Positions 1 to 10,439 of a stretch of DNA of 64,000 bases are shown here, piece after piece. The DNA comes from an uncultured Acidobacteriota bacterium. GTDB taxonomy: Bacteria > Acidobacteriota > Blastocatellia > RBC074. The notes under the pieces were generated by a model. It saw only the letters and a program-made list of their open reading frames with translations, had not been told where the DNA came from and made no database searches. The DNA is taken from NCBI GenBank assembly GCA_963796275.1, contig CAWCKY010000006.1, positions 2,592,001 to 2,656,000 on the forward strand, written 5' to 3'. The position numbers and the translations under genes are program-made. Position 1 is the stretch's first letter; each line of letters opens with the position of its first letter.

Positions 1-1
1 C

Positions 2-697
2 GACTATGGCACCAAAGTTCGTGCGATTCGTGGCGAGCGTGGCCGCGTCAGCGGAGTCGAGACCGATCTGAGCGAATTCATCGAGGCAGATGCTGTTGTC
101 TCGAACTACAACGGCGTCGGCACCTACCTGGAATTGATCGCCGAGACGCCGCGCCAGGCGCGGGAGCGCTTGAACCGCCTGCCACTCCAATCTCCGGGCG
201 TCTGCGCCTATCTGAGCGTCAAGGGAAGAACGCCGCAGCCTTACTTGCGCTTTCAACTTCCGGGCGGCGGCGAGCTGTGCCGGCTGCTGGTCATGCCTGG
301 GGTGATTGCGCCGGAGCTGGAGCAGAATGGCTGGTGGCCGGCTCGATTGATCGCGCCGATGTCTCACGCGGGAGCTGAGCGCGGCGGCCCCTCGGGGCAG
401 CGCGAATACCTCGACCGCATCCTCGCCGAAAGTTGGTGGCGCGAGCAGGTTGACGATTACCGCGTGCTGGATGCGCGCATTCCGGTCGAATGGGGCGCGC
501 AGTATCAACTTTATCGCGAGAGCATGAATCCGATGATGAGCGCGCAATTTATGCGTGCCGGCCGGCTCGCTCATCGCAGTCCCTACCTCCGCGGGCTGTA
601 CCTCGCGGGCAGCTCGACGCACCCCGGACAATGGGTGAGCTTCTGCGCGATCTCAGGAATCTTGGCCGCTGACAAACTCTGTGAGGATCTGCGCTGA
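2..697 (+). CDS. Phytoene desaturase-family FAD-dependent oxidoreductase, C-terminal part (5' end outside window)
   Basis: Frame open from base 2 (DYGTKVRAIRGERGRVSGVETD..EADAVVSN). C-terminal LRGLYLAGSSTHPGQWV..AISG motif is typical of CrtI-like oxidoreductases. Confidence 0.75.
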   Translation, partial: DYGTKVRAIRGERGRVSGVETDLSEFIEADAVVSNYNGVGTYLELIAETPRQARERLNRLPLQSPGVCAYLSVKGRTPQPYLRFQLPGGGELCRLLVMPGVIAPELEQNGWWPARLIAPMSHAGAERGGPSGQREYLDRILAESWWREQVDDYRVLDARIPVEWGAQYQLYRESMNPMMSAQFMRAGRLAHRSPYLRGLYLAGSSTHPGQWVSFCAISGILAADKLCEDLR

Positions 698-1503
698 TGC
701 TGGAAACAAGAATGGAGACGATTGCTGGGCGGCGTGTGCGTGTGGCGCGCTTGGGGAGTGGGCCGCCGCTGGTTTTGCTTCACGGCTATCCGGACAATTT
801 GCAAATCTTCAGCGCTCTCGCGCCGCGCCTCGCGGAGCGCCATTCCGTTATCGCCTTTGATTGGCCGGGGATGGGACGAAGCGAGCCGTGGCCCGGCGGC
901 GCCACGCCGTTTCATCTGGCTGACCGATTGCTCGCCTTACTCGACGTTTGGCGGATTGAACGCGCGAACCTCGTCGGTTTAGATATGGGTGGCCAGCCGG
1001 CGCTTGCATTCGCCGCCCGGCATCCGAGCCGGATGCTTCGGCTGGTGGTGATGAATTCGCTCGTGCTGTGGGACGAGCAGACTTCTTGGGAGATTCGCCT
1101 CTTGCGCCGCTTCGGCTGGAACCGCGTGATCTTGCGCCGGCTCCCGCGCATTGTTTTCGGGCGAGCGGAGAAAACTTTCCTGCCGAAAGGCGTCCATTTG
1201 ATCGCCACTCTAAGGGAGGATTTCTGGGAGAGTTTCCGGCAGGATGAAGTGCGGGCTTTTATTGTTCGGATGTGCGCCGGATACCAAGCCACGCTCCCAC
1301 GCCTGCCCGAACTCTACGGCTGCATCACATGCCCGACGCTGGCGCTGTGGGCCGAGCACGATCAGCACTTCCCTCCGGCGCACGCCGAGCGCTTACACGC
1401 CCTGATCCCGGGGTCACGCCTCCAAATCATCGCGCGGGCCGAGCATTGGATGCCTTGGTATTTAGCGGATGAGGTGGCGGAACAAATCCTTGAATTTATC
1501 TGA
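697..1503 (+). CDS. Alpha/beta fold hydrolase
   Basis: LVLLHGYP, DWPGMGRS, nucleophile elbow GLDMGG (Asp nucleophile, epoxide hydrolase/dehalogenase-like) and C-terminal His. Start overlaps the upstream stop (TGATG). Confidence 0.85.
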   Translation: MLETRMETIAGRRVRVARLGSGPPLVLLHGYPDNLQIFSALAPRLAERHSVIAFDWPGMGRSEPWPGGATPFHLADRLLALLDVWRIERANLVGLDMGGQPALAFAARHPSRMLRLVVMNSLVLWDEQTSWEIRLLRRFGWNRVILRRLPRIVFGRAEKTFLPKGVHLIATLREDFWESFRQDEVRAFIVRMCAGYQATLPRLPELYGCITCPTLALWAEHDQHFPPAHAERLHALIPGSRLQIIARAEHWMPWYLADEVAEQILEFI

Positions 1504-1591
1504 AGTTCGCGAAAGGATACTCCATCCATAGCGAGCATCTTTGGCAAGCTTGGGTAGAGATGAATTTTGCATCGAGGCGCTTTGCCCGCGG

Positions 1592-1910
1592 TTAATCCTC
1601 TGGCGCAGCCTGTTCCTCAATATACCGACGCCATATCTCTATTGGGGCACCACCCGCGGAGATAACGCAATATGATCGATGCCAAAAGATAGGTTTTCGC
1701 CAATAGACACGTGTCACTTCAGCTTTGAAATCACGTCGAATCAGACGGGAAGAAACCGTCTTTAAGTTGTTTATGAGTTTGCTCACCAGAACAACAGGGG
1801 TGGCTTCAAAAAGCAGATGGACATGATCATCTCCGCCATTAAATTCGATGAGTCGGCAGTCTCACATCTGAAGCGTCTCGCTGAATATCTCAGAGCCGCT
1901 CGAGCATTCC
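1592..1910 (-). pseudogene. tnpA: IS200/IS605 Y1 transposase TnpA remnant
   Basis: Reads IFSETLQM*DCRLIEFNGGDDHVHLLF..SKLINNLKTVSSRLIR..FWHRSYCVISAGGAPIE..RYIEEQ, with the HUH motif and catalytic Tyr. In-frame TGA, a frameshift, and no N-terminus. Confidence 0.85.
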
Positions 1911-2099
1911 TACCAGCTCAAGGGCGTTTCAATTAACTATAACGCTCAGGCTCTCCAACTTCCGCAGATCAAAGAAATTCGTGCAGAAGTGGGAGATGTT
2001 TATAGCCAGGTTCTGCAAGATGTGCTCCGACGAGTGGAGACAACCTTTGCTGCCTTCTTTCGCCGGATAATGAAAGGCGAAACAGCTGGATATTTTTGG
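1911..2099 (+). pseudogene. tnpB: IS605 TnpB N-terminal fragment
   Basis: Manual translation YQLKGVSINYNAQALQLPQIKEIRAEVGDVYSQVLQDVLRRVETTFAAFFRRIMKGETAGY matches the conserved TnpB segment SQVLQ..L.R...AF..FFRR...G...GYP. No RuvC domain follows. Confidence 0.8.
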
Positions 2100-2179
2100 T
2101 GCCCCCCTTATTTTGTGGGTTTTTATGGTTTTAGGGGTGTGGCTCCGGGAAATATAAGCGGATGATCTTCAAGACCAGA

Positions 2180-2635
2180 TCAACGACAAATGGCTACCGG
2201 GATATCCCGATCCGTAATCTCCTGATATTGCTTATAACCGGAATACATTTCTGTCAGTAACGGCCAGAGACGCTGCTTCTCCTCTACAGTGGCTCTGACA
2301 ACTCTGACTTGCCGCCTGACGTCCTTCACCTGGATCTGAGCCTCCGGATGGGTCTCCAGATTGAGCCACCAGGCCGGCGACCTGACTGCTCCGCCATTGG
2401 AAGCCACCAGAATCACATCATCTCCATCCGCCAGATACAAGAGCGGCACCGTACGGTCCTTGCCGCTCCGGCGCCCACGGGTCGTGAGGAGCAGGACAGG
2501 GCTGTTCAAGACTCTTCCGCCGAGCGCTCCATTGGTGGCGCGGTATATGAAGACGTGCACCTCTGTGATCAGATTTTGCGCGGCTACCGACAGCCTGGAA
2601 GGGCGGCGGCCGACAGTTCCAGTATTCTCAGGCAT
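2180..2635 (-). CDS. Deazaflavin (F420)-dependent nitroreductase family oxidoreductase (Ddn/FDOR-A-like)
   Basis: LLLTTRGRRSGKDRTVPL, VASNGGA..PAWWLNL..HP and YKQYQE.TDRDIPV motifs. Confidence 0.85.
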   Translation of the reverse strand: MPENTGTVGRRPSRLSVAAQNLITEVHVFIYRATNGALGGRVLNSPVLLLTTRGRRSGKDRTVPLLYLADGDDVILVASNGGAVRSPAWWLNLETHPEAQIQVKDVRRQVRVVRATVEEKQRLWPLLTEMYSGYKQYQEITDRDIPVAICR

Positions 2636-2747
2636 TTTTTCTCTCCTTAAGGTAGCAGAAGCTCTAATGGTCTCTTGATGAAATACAATCTGCCGCGGTA
2701 GAGTAATTGGACGAGTGTTTCCATCCTAGTTTAATCGAGGAAAAATT

Positions 2748-3419
2748 ATGAAATTAATTACTCCGATAATCGCTGTTTATCTGTTGATCTTCACCGCTCA
2801 TGCGAAAGCGCAAGACGTCAAAAGTAAAACTGCCGAAAATGGCTTTGTCGCTTTGTTCGACGGCAAGAGCCTGACGGGGTGGAAACTGGTGCGTGGTCAC
2901 GGCCCGGGCTATGTCGTTAAGGGCGGCGTTCTGGTCTGCCCAGCCGACGGGGGAGGGAATCTCTTCACTGAAAAAGAGTATTCAAATTTCGCCTTCCGTT
3001 TCGAATTCAAGACCGAGCCCGGCGGCAACAACGGCGTGGGCATTCGCGCTCCGCTCAATGGGGACGCGGCTTATCAGGGGATGGAGATTCAGATACTCGA
3101 CGATGGGCACGAGAAGTACAAAGGCAAGATCAAGTCCGAACAGCACCACGGCTCGGTATACGACGTGATCCCAGCGCGCACGGGATTCCTCAAACCAGCC
3201 GGCGAATGGAACGAGGAAGAGATTATGGTTCAAGGTCGCCGAATCCGGGTGACGCTCAACGGCGTCATCATTCTAGATGCTGATCTCGATATCGCGCGCG
3301 AAGACGCCACGATCAAAAAACATCCCGGGCTGAAGAATAAGTCAGGTCACATCGGTTTCCTCGGCCACGGCTCGCTTGTCGAATTCCGCAACATCAGGAT
3401 CAAGGTCTTACCTGGCTAA
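2748..3419 (+). CDS. DUF1080 (3-keto-disaccharide hydrolase family) secreted protein
   Basis: Signal peptide; [28 protein letters not shown] and [17 protein letters not shown] motifs. Confidence 0.9.
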   Translation: MKLITPIIAVYLLIFTAHAKAQDVKSKTAENGFVALFDGKSLTGWKLVRGHGPGYVVKGGVLVCPADGGGNLFTEKEYSNFAFRFEFKTEPGGNNGVGIRAPLNGDAAYQGMEIQILDDGHEKYKGKIKSEQHHGSVYDVIPARTGFLKPAGEWNEEEIMVQGRRIRVTLNGVIILDADLDIAREDATIKKHPGLKNKSGHIGFLGHGSLVEFRNIRIKVLPG

Positions 3420-3453
3420 TTAATCACAGCCACGATCATTATTAAAATAGAGC

Positions 3454-3523
3454 GGTTTTCAGTTTTCAGTTCGCGGCTCAGGGGGCACTGGGTTCTACCG
3501 AAAAAAACTTAAAACTGAAAACC
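3454..3523. repeat. Inverted repeat built from 7-bp units (cagtttt)n / (aaaactg)n between convergent genes; REP-like or bidirectional terminator
   Basis: ggttttcagttttcagt (3454-3470) pairs with acttaaaactgaaaacc (3507-3523). Confidence 0.6.
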
Positions 3524-3530
3524 TCTTTGC

Positions 3531-4076
3531 TCACTTTTTCTCGGTAAAGTTGACCGAGGCGCTGGTGTTATCCCACTCCATCTTGAGCGCACCGCCTTGT
3601 CCGGCCTTGTCGAGGGAGATGACCATGAGTTCGGTCGGAGCGCTGGACTTTCCAACTTTCATATCGACCCGCGCCAACTCTGTCTTCTCGTACTCCGGTT
3701 TGTAGGGGGTACCCCAGACGCCGGTCTGTTTGTTTATGATCAGTTTCCATCCAGTTTCTGTGGGCCAAACCCAGAGCGTATAGACTCCCTTCGGCACTGC
3801 AGTATTGCCCAAAATCAGGTCTGCCTCGGTATTGAAGTGCGTTGCCTGATTCGCACCGAAACGCCAGACCTGGTTGTAAGGCACTAACTCGCCGAAAATC
3901 TTACGGCCGCGTACTGATGGCGCACTATAGTCGACGGAAATTTTTTTTCCGTTCAAAGCCATCTCCGCAGACTTGCGAGGACTGGCCATCTGGCGCTGTG
4001 CCATGGTGGAAATGAAAAGAAGAGTTAATGTCGTAGCCAGTGCGACGACGATTGTAATTGATCGGCTAATTTTCAT
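3531..4076 (-). CDS. DUF2911 domain secreted protein
   Basis: Signal peptide from MKISRS; ASP..SVDYSAPSVRGRKIFGELVPYNQVWRFGANQAT motif. Start chosen at 4076 rather than 4151. Confidence 0.88.
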   Translation of the reverse strand: MKISRSITIVVALATTLTLLFISTMAQRQMASPRKSAEMALNGKKISVDYSAPSVRGRKIFGELVPYNQVWRFGANQATHFNTEADLILGNTAVPKGVYTLWVWPTETGWKLIINKQTGVWGTPYKPEYEKTELARVDMKVGKSSAPTELMVISLDKAGQGGALKMEWDNTSASVNFTEKK

Positions 4077-4255
4077 CTTTTTATTCCTCTCTGTAAGTAC
4101 ATGGTTTATCCCTAACCCCCATTGTGTATCACAATGGGGGATCATCGACAAAGAGCGGCGGCACGCCGAAGCCAGGATGGGTGGTTACCGCCTTGTCTGA
4201 ACCGTGAGGTAGCTGCCGGGTAGATCGCGCGGCTATCCATCCGTGCGTTTCGCGG

Positions 4256-5727
4256 TTACCGGCCGGGCGGCGCTACATAACTGCTCTTGATTCCTCTCTT
4301 CACCTGCAGCTTTTGACCGATGTGGAGGTACTGGTCATTCTGCTCGGTATAGGCAGGCCATTCGATTAAACCCTTCACGCTCGGATTGCCGGTCTCGCAA
4401 ATGTTGCCCACATACGCATCGTGTTTTCGGCTACCTCGTTATCCAACTGATCAGGTTTCGGGTCGGGGGTATTGCAACCCCCACCCGCCGAGAGATACAA
4501 AAGAGTCGGCGACGTAAGTCCTTTCGGGATATAACCGAACACATAGGGAAGTTCGAGACCGTGAAAGGCTACGCAAGGCAAGTTGCGCCAACCGGCTGGT
4601 ACGTGCGCGAAGTTGTAGACGTAAGTCTTGGACTTCACCGTACTGCTCATCAGATTCGCGAGCATCGGAACATTCTGCTGCAATTCGCCGCGCTCGCCTT
4701 CGTTCGCGCCCACCATCAAGGGCACATCGTGTTGCTTGCCGTGCTTGATGGTGTCGTGAACCGATTGCGGTAACACATAGCCATCGACGACCAGGTTTGC
4801 TGGAAAGTTGACTTCTCTGTCCCCCGCCGCGGCGACGATGTCTTCCCACTTGGCGGCGCGCAGCGCGGCGAGCTGGGTTTCTGCATTGTCTATGCCAAGC
4901 TTGGCAGCAATCCGTTTGCCGGCGCCTTCGGCGCGTTCCAGTGTTGTGACTCGCTCCGGAGTAATGAGCGCCGAGCCGCTTTCGACGATGGCTTTGTGAA
5001 AGAGTCCTTTGGCCAGGGGCGATGTTAGCAGCGACAGCGTCTTCGTGCCGCCGCCCGATTCGCCAAAGATCAAAACGTTGTTGGGGTTGCCGCCGAACGC
5101 TTCGATGTTCTCCTTCACCCAACGCAGCGAGGCGATCAAATCGAGCGTTCCGTAATTTCCGGATGCGCCGAGACCCGATTCTGCCGATAGCTCCGGATGC
5201 GCCATATATCCGAGCGGACCCAGACGGCTGTTAACCGTGACGACGACAACGCCTTTGCGTGTCAGCGCCGTATTGTTGTATGTCAGCGAATTGCCCGTTC
5301 CGGAAGTGAGACCACCGCCGTGGAAGAACACCATGACGGGACGTTTCTCAGTTGTCGTCTTGGCCGCCGTCACCACGTTGAGATAAAGACAATCTTCGCT
5401 GATCTGTCCGGATACGCCCATCCGGCTGCCGGGTCTTTGCGCGCATTGATTGCTCCATTTGGTGGCATCCCGCACGTCGCTCCAGTGCTTAACCGGCTGT
5501 GGCGCTTTCCAACGCCATTCGCCCACCGGTGGAGTCGCGTAGGGGATGCCTTTGAAGATGTGCACTTTCTCGTTGTCATCCTTCAGGGTGGTTCCTGAGA
5601 CTTTCCCGGATTTGGTGCTAACGACCTGCCCGACATCCCCCGCGTCCGCCTGCGTGGGCCTGGCTGCCAATATGGCTAAGAGACTCAAGATCGATATAAC
5701 GCCTGCAAAGCTCACTTGCTTGTTCAT
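4256..5727 (-). CDS. Type-B carboxylesterase, secreted, with a frameshift near the 3' end
   Basis: FKGIPYA.PPVG, SEDCLYLNV, FHGGG, GESGG (catalytic Ser) and FHGLELPYVFG. The ORF stops at 4375, but the canonical tail TGNPSVKGLIEWPAY..QYLHIG continues in another frame to a stop at 4256. Confidence 0.85.
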
Positions 5728-6015
5728 GGTTTTTCGCTCCGTTCTGGTGATGTGATGAAAGCTTTATCGACCAACGCAAATGATGACTGCGCACAAACCC
5801 ATATCAAAAAGAGGATCAACAGGGCGCCATGCCATAAGAGTTCGACGTTACTTCACGTACCGATACCGATACATCAGCTCAAGAAGATCTTGCGGAGATA
5901 TTTATCCGAGTTGAATTCGCCGTAATTCCGTCGATGACAGACTACACAGGCATAACCCTGTGCCACAAGGGCGGATTCGTCCGAATAGGTCTGCACACGG
6001 GCTTTCAGTCTCAGC

Positions 6016-9000
6016 TCACCAGCTTACGCGCGCGTTGAATTGCAGCGTGCGTGCCGCGTTGGCGGAGTTGCGCGTGTACAGAATACCTCCACTGACTGCG
6101 TTCTGATTGACGGGATGATTGAGCACGTTGAAGAAGTCTGCCCCAACTCGGACATTCACATGCTCGCCAACCTTGAAATTCTTGAAGAGCGAAGCATCCA
6201 GACCCCACTGTATGACGCTGGGGATGGGCTGATTGCGCCACGGATGAAGATTGTCATTGTAGGCCAGCCGTTGAGCCGTCCCGTCGTTCAGAGGGAGCCA
6301 CACGGTATTGGTATCCCAGAATTGCGAAAGGACGGTGTTCGCGGGAGCATTCGCAGGCAGCTCCATGCTGCCCCATGGGATCAGTGGAGTTACCGCGGGT
6401 TTATAGTTCGCCGGGACGCCCATCACGCCGTTTGGATTGCCATTCGCATCCCTGCTGTTGATCTGGTTGGCGGGGATGTAGTCGTTCCACCACAGATAGC
6501 CTGGAATACAGAGACCGCTCCTGCAATCATCAATCGGATACTGATATCCGTACCGATGAACGGGCTCGCCGGTGAACTTCCAATTTCCCGTGGAGAGATA
6601 AGTATACGTGCTATTCAGGCTCCCGATGCCGGAAATCTGCCATCCACCGATCAGTTTATCCACCACGCCGGTTGAGTTTCCTGCGATCTTTTTTCCCCTG
6701 CCGAACGGCAGATCGGCCACCCAGTTCCACCGGATGCGGTGTTTCGGTACGCTCGTATCTCGCTGATAGTTGAGGAAACGGTTACGCTCCTGGTAATCCG
6801 CCGGCACAGCGCCAGGTAAGAATTGATTGGCCGCCAGGACACCTATAGTGTCGGTGTTACTGGAAGTCGTCATGGCCAGATTGTTTCCGGTCAGGTAGAA
6901 CAACTGGAAGGCCAGCCCTCGGTTGAAGCGGCGCTCGATTTCGAGTTCAATCCCGTTGTAGTTCGACCACCCTGTCTTTCGATATTCCTGAATGGTACCC
7001 CATACGTTCGAATCGAACGGACGCCGCACCACGTTGGCCGTACTCCCCGTGGGAAGCGGTTGCTTCGTGCTCGCGTGCCAGACATAGTCGGGTGGGTTCG
7101 TATTGTAGCTATAGTATTGCTCCAGGTTGGCGCCGCGGTTCCCGACATATCTGGCCCGCACCAAGGTGTTCGCCCCAAGTTGTTTTTCTAACGTGAAGTT
7201 CCATGTGTGGATCGTCGAAGTGGGCAAATCTTTGGCGAAGTAAGTGGTGTTTGCGCTGCCGGGATTGATACCCGGAACCTTGCCCAGATCGATTGCATTC
7301 ACTGAATTCACGCCGAGGATGATCTGCGGTACCGTGCGCAACAGGTAGTTGGGTTTTCCGTCTGGCGACTGTGTGGCGTTATTCAGGTTATTCGTATATG
7401 AGGCACTGACCGGTGTGTTGACAAACATCCGATCCACAAACGTCCACATCGGGATGGGGAAGTACGCACGGCTGTAGCCGCCGCGAATCACGAATCCCTT
7501 GCGTCCGTCGCCCACTTTGTACGCAAATCCGAAGCGCGGACCGAAATCGCGCTTCCCGGTTGTCAAGAAGTTGCGTGGTATCCCCGCTTCCTGATAGGTC
7601 TGGAACTTCAAGCCGAGCGCCTGGTAGCGAGCCACCAGAGAAGGCACGCTGTCACCCAGCGCGTACATATTCTCGAGACTGGTTCCAGTGACCACAGCGT
7701 GGTTCTCCGGGTTGAAAGTGGTCCACGAACCATGCTTTTCGCTGTAAGCCGGCCAGTACTCCCAGCGCAGACCGAAATTCAGCGTCAACCGGGGGCTCAT
7801 CTTGAAATTGTCCTGCACGTACGCGGCGTACTCGCCACCGCGAAGATAGAACCATCCGCGATTTTGATTGTTCTGGAAATTGGCGTATCCCAGAAACATG
7901 TTCGCGATATTGGACCCGGTCTGTGCGGTGCCTTGCGGATTGGTAGGTGTGGAGTTCGGATCGTACAGCGTAGTGGCCGCCGTATCGAAGTTCATCAACC
8001 CCTCTTTCCAGGTCTGGTCCGGCAATATGTTCAACTGGTCATAGCGATAGTGCCCCCCAAACTGTATTTCGTGGCGGCCGATAATCTTTGTGGCATTGTT
8101 ATCGATCGTCAGGTTGTTGAAGGCGTGGCGCTTCCAGGTGTTTTCGCGGAACTCATAGCCGGTAATTCCAATACTCGTGAATTGCGGGGCGGCCTCCGTT
8201 GTGATGTCAAACGGATTCGGCACGCCGAGCTTTTCGACGTAATTCGTATTGTTCGGGTTGTAGTTGCCGCCGGACCACGCTATGCGCCGGCCGCTGACCA
8301 GGAGTTCATTGAAGAATGTCGGCCCGAAGGTGTGTACCCACGTGGTGCCGATGCTCATCCGCTTCTCGGTATTGATTTCTCGCCCGTACACCTCATCCAG
8401 CATGATCTGGCCGAGGGGAGCGCTATTTTTTCCCCAGGAATCGGCCACCGTCGTCCGAACATAGAAGGAGTCCTTATCGCTGAAGCGGTGATCCACGCGC
8501 TGCGTCGCGTTGTATTGCTTGCTGGGGTTGTTGATCGTGCCGATCCAATTCACGTCGATCAGGGGGTTGACATTGTTGGTAGGCAGGCGGGTGATACCGA
8601 AAAGGAACTTGGCCACCGGGTTGATGCGTGCAGGATCGATCACGTTCGCGCGCCCGTTATAGTTAAATTGCTGCCGTTCGTATGTCTGCGGGTTGGTAGT
8701 CAGGGGATCGTAAATGGAGATCAGCCGGCCCTGCGAATCTCTCAGGTTGCTGAAGTCTCCGTTGCGCATCGGCTCGGTCGGCACGCGGTATTGCGCCGTC
8801 GCAGTCGATAACTGCCTGCGGCCTTCGTAACTCGTGAACCAGAACGTCTTATTCTTCCCGTTGTATAAGTGCGGGATCACGACCGGTCCGCCGAGGCTGA
8901 AGCCGAATTCGTGCCGGTTCAGATATGGCGCCTTCGTGAACGTATCCTGCCGGCGCCGCGCGACGCCGACGGCGCTGTTGCGGAACGTCTCAAATACCGA

Positions 9001-9690
9001 GCCATGTATCTGGTTGGTGCCGCTCCGAGTCGACAGCACTACGTTGGTGGGCCGGCTGTACTTGGCCGATACCGCGTTCACGTCCACGCGGAACTCCTGC
9101 AGCGATTCCAGGCTGATTTGCGGCGCGTTGCCCCATCGCCGCTCCTCTTCCTGAGATCCGTCCAAGCTGTATTCGATGGCACCGAACCGCGTACCATATG
9201 CCCGCTGGTTCTCAATGCCGGGTAGCTGCGATATTAAGTTCGTGATGGTGCGCCCGTTGATCGGCAACTGCTCAATGCGTGTCCGATCCATGGTGGCGCC
9301 GACCGTCGCGTTATCCGTGGTGACCAGCGGGGTAACGTCTCTGACCTCCACCATCTCCCTGGTTCCCGCCGGCTGCAGTGTTGGATCGATGACCACGCTC
9401 TGGCCCACCTGTACGGCTACGTTGACTTCGTATTTCTGCATGCCGGCGAATTCGACGGTGAGAACGTAGGAGCCGGGCACGACACCGGGAAACTTAAAAA
9501 AACCTACTTCGTTGGCTTTGGTCGGCACTTTAACATTTGTGGCAGTGTTTACGATCAAGACCGCCGCGCCCGGGATTACGGCTCCGGTCTGGTCGCGGAC
9601 CGTGCCGCTAACGGCGCCCGCGCTGGATTGGCCCCAGGCACAAGGCTTAATCAAAAAGACAGCAAGCAGAGTAAAGAGAATCGGTTTCAT
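6016..9690 (-). CDS. TonB-dependent receptor, Acidobacterial Oar-like, with N-terminal carboxypeptidase-regulatory-like domain
   Basis: Signal peptide; GTVRDQTGAVIPGA.V, IEQLPINGR, STRSGTNQIHGS, YAAYVQDNFK..PRLTLNFGLRWE and DFGPRFGFAY; C-terminal strand RTLQFNARVSW. About 1220 aa. Confidence 0.92.
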   Translation of the reverse strand: MKPILFTLLAVFLIKPCAWGQSSAGAVSGTVRDQTGAVIPGAAVLIVNTATNVKVPTKANEVGFFKFPGVVPGSYVLTVEFAGMQKYEVNVAVQVGQSVVIDPTLQPAGTREMVEVRDVTPLVTTDNATVGATMDRTRIEQLPINGRTITNLISQLPGIENQRAYGTRFGAIEYSLDGSQEEERRWGNAPQISLESLQEFRVDVNAVSAKYSRPTNVVLSTRSGTNQIHGSVFETFRNSAVGVARRRQDTFTKAPYLNRHEFGFSLGGPVVIPHLYNGKNKTFWFTSYEGRRQLSTATAQYRVPTEPMRNGDFSNLRDSQGRLISIYDPLTTNPQTYERQQFNYNGRANVIDPARINPVAKFLFGITRLPTNNVNPLIDVNWIGTINNPSKQYNATQRVDHRFSDKDSFYVRTTVADSWGKNSAPLGQIMLDEVYGREINTEKRMSIGTTWVHTFGPTFFNELLVSGRRIAWSGGNYNPNNTNYVEKLGVPNPFDITTEAAPQFTSIGITGYEFRENTWKRHAFNNLTIDNNATKIIGRHEIQFGGHYRYDQLNILPDQTWKEGLMNFDTAATTLYDPNSTPTNPQGTAQTGSNIANMFLGYANFQNNQNRGWFYLRGGEYAAYVQDNFKMSPRLTLNFGLRWEYWPAYSEKHGSWTTFNPENHAVVTGTSLENMYALGDSVPSLVARYQALGLKFQTYQEAGIPRNFLTTGKRDFGPRFGFAYKVGDGRKGFVIRGGYSRAYFPIPMWTFVDRMFVNTPVSASYTNNLNNATQSPDGKPNYLLRTVPQIILGVNSVNAIDLGKVPGINPGSANTTYFAKDLPTSTIHTWNFTLEKQLGANTLVRARYVGNRGANLEQYYSYNTNPPDYVWHASTKQPLPTGSTANVVRRPFDSNVWGTIQEYRKTGWSNYNGIELEIERRFNRGLAFQLFYLTGNNLAMTTSSNTDTIGVLAANQFLPGAVPADYQERNRFLNYQRDTSVPKHRIRWNWVADLPFGRGKKIAGNSTGVVDKLIGGWQISGIGSLNSTYTYLSTGNWKFTGEPVHRYGYQYPIDDCRSGLCIPGYLWWNDYIPANQINSRDANGNPNGVMGVPANYKPAVTPLIPWGSMELPANAPANTVLSQFWDTNTVWLPLNDGTAQRLAYNDNLHPWRNQPIPSVIQWGLDASLFKNFKVGEHVNVRVGADFFNVLNHPVNQNAVSGGILYTRNSANAARTLQFNARVSW

Positions 9691-10439
9691 CGAAATCCTC
9701 CAAAGCGTGCATCTGAACAGACGCAATCGGCCTTAACGATCGAACGACGACGTGGAAAAAGATCAAAGAGTTGGGTTGTTATAGAGACTCAGTCCGACGG
9801 AAATATTCCTGTTTTGACCACCGCCCGGCACCAAAAGACGGATGCGACCTTTCTGATCGTTTGGCGTTGGTGCGATTATAGAGTTCCGGTTTTTATTATG
9901 AAGTCAGTTCAAGGGCTGACTACGTTAGTTTGCTTAAGCAGGAGTGGGAATACTTGATTTCCCGCTTAGCTGCCGCGGTATTAAGCTGCAGCATAATTGG
10001 ATAAAGTCGAAATATGAGTGGCGGAGTAGTAACATAATCTGAAATTCGACGCAATCGGATAGAGGGCGAGACCGAAAAAAAATCGTGGGGATCGGGTAGT
10101 AGAGCCTTTCCAAACGGGCACTACGCTGCAGTATTCAACTCTGTCTTACTCTCATTGTTTGCCAAAATACATCGCCTGTGAGCGGATGAATCTATGCTGT
10201 TTGCCAACTGAATCGTCAGTGAACAATCGGGGCTGTATCGGCGTATAGCCCGTAGCGACGTGATCATTCACACAAAACATCGATCTGTCGAATTTAACCT
10301 CTAGACTATAAACTTGTGGGCCGCGGGAAAATTGATATAGCAAATCGCTTGAGTATCCTCAACCTTCGCAGGAGCGGAGAACTCAGCATTACTTTTTGTG
10401 TGCCGGTCCACAAGAATCTCTAAAAAACAAGGAGAAGAG

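Noticed and set aside
7699-8811. Long antisense ORFs (also 16086-17012, 37263-38093, 50808-51665, 60460-61224)
   Set aside because: Shadow ORFs opposite well-supported genes, with no motifs of their own.
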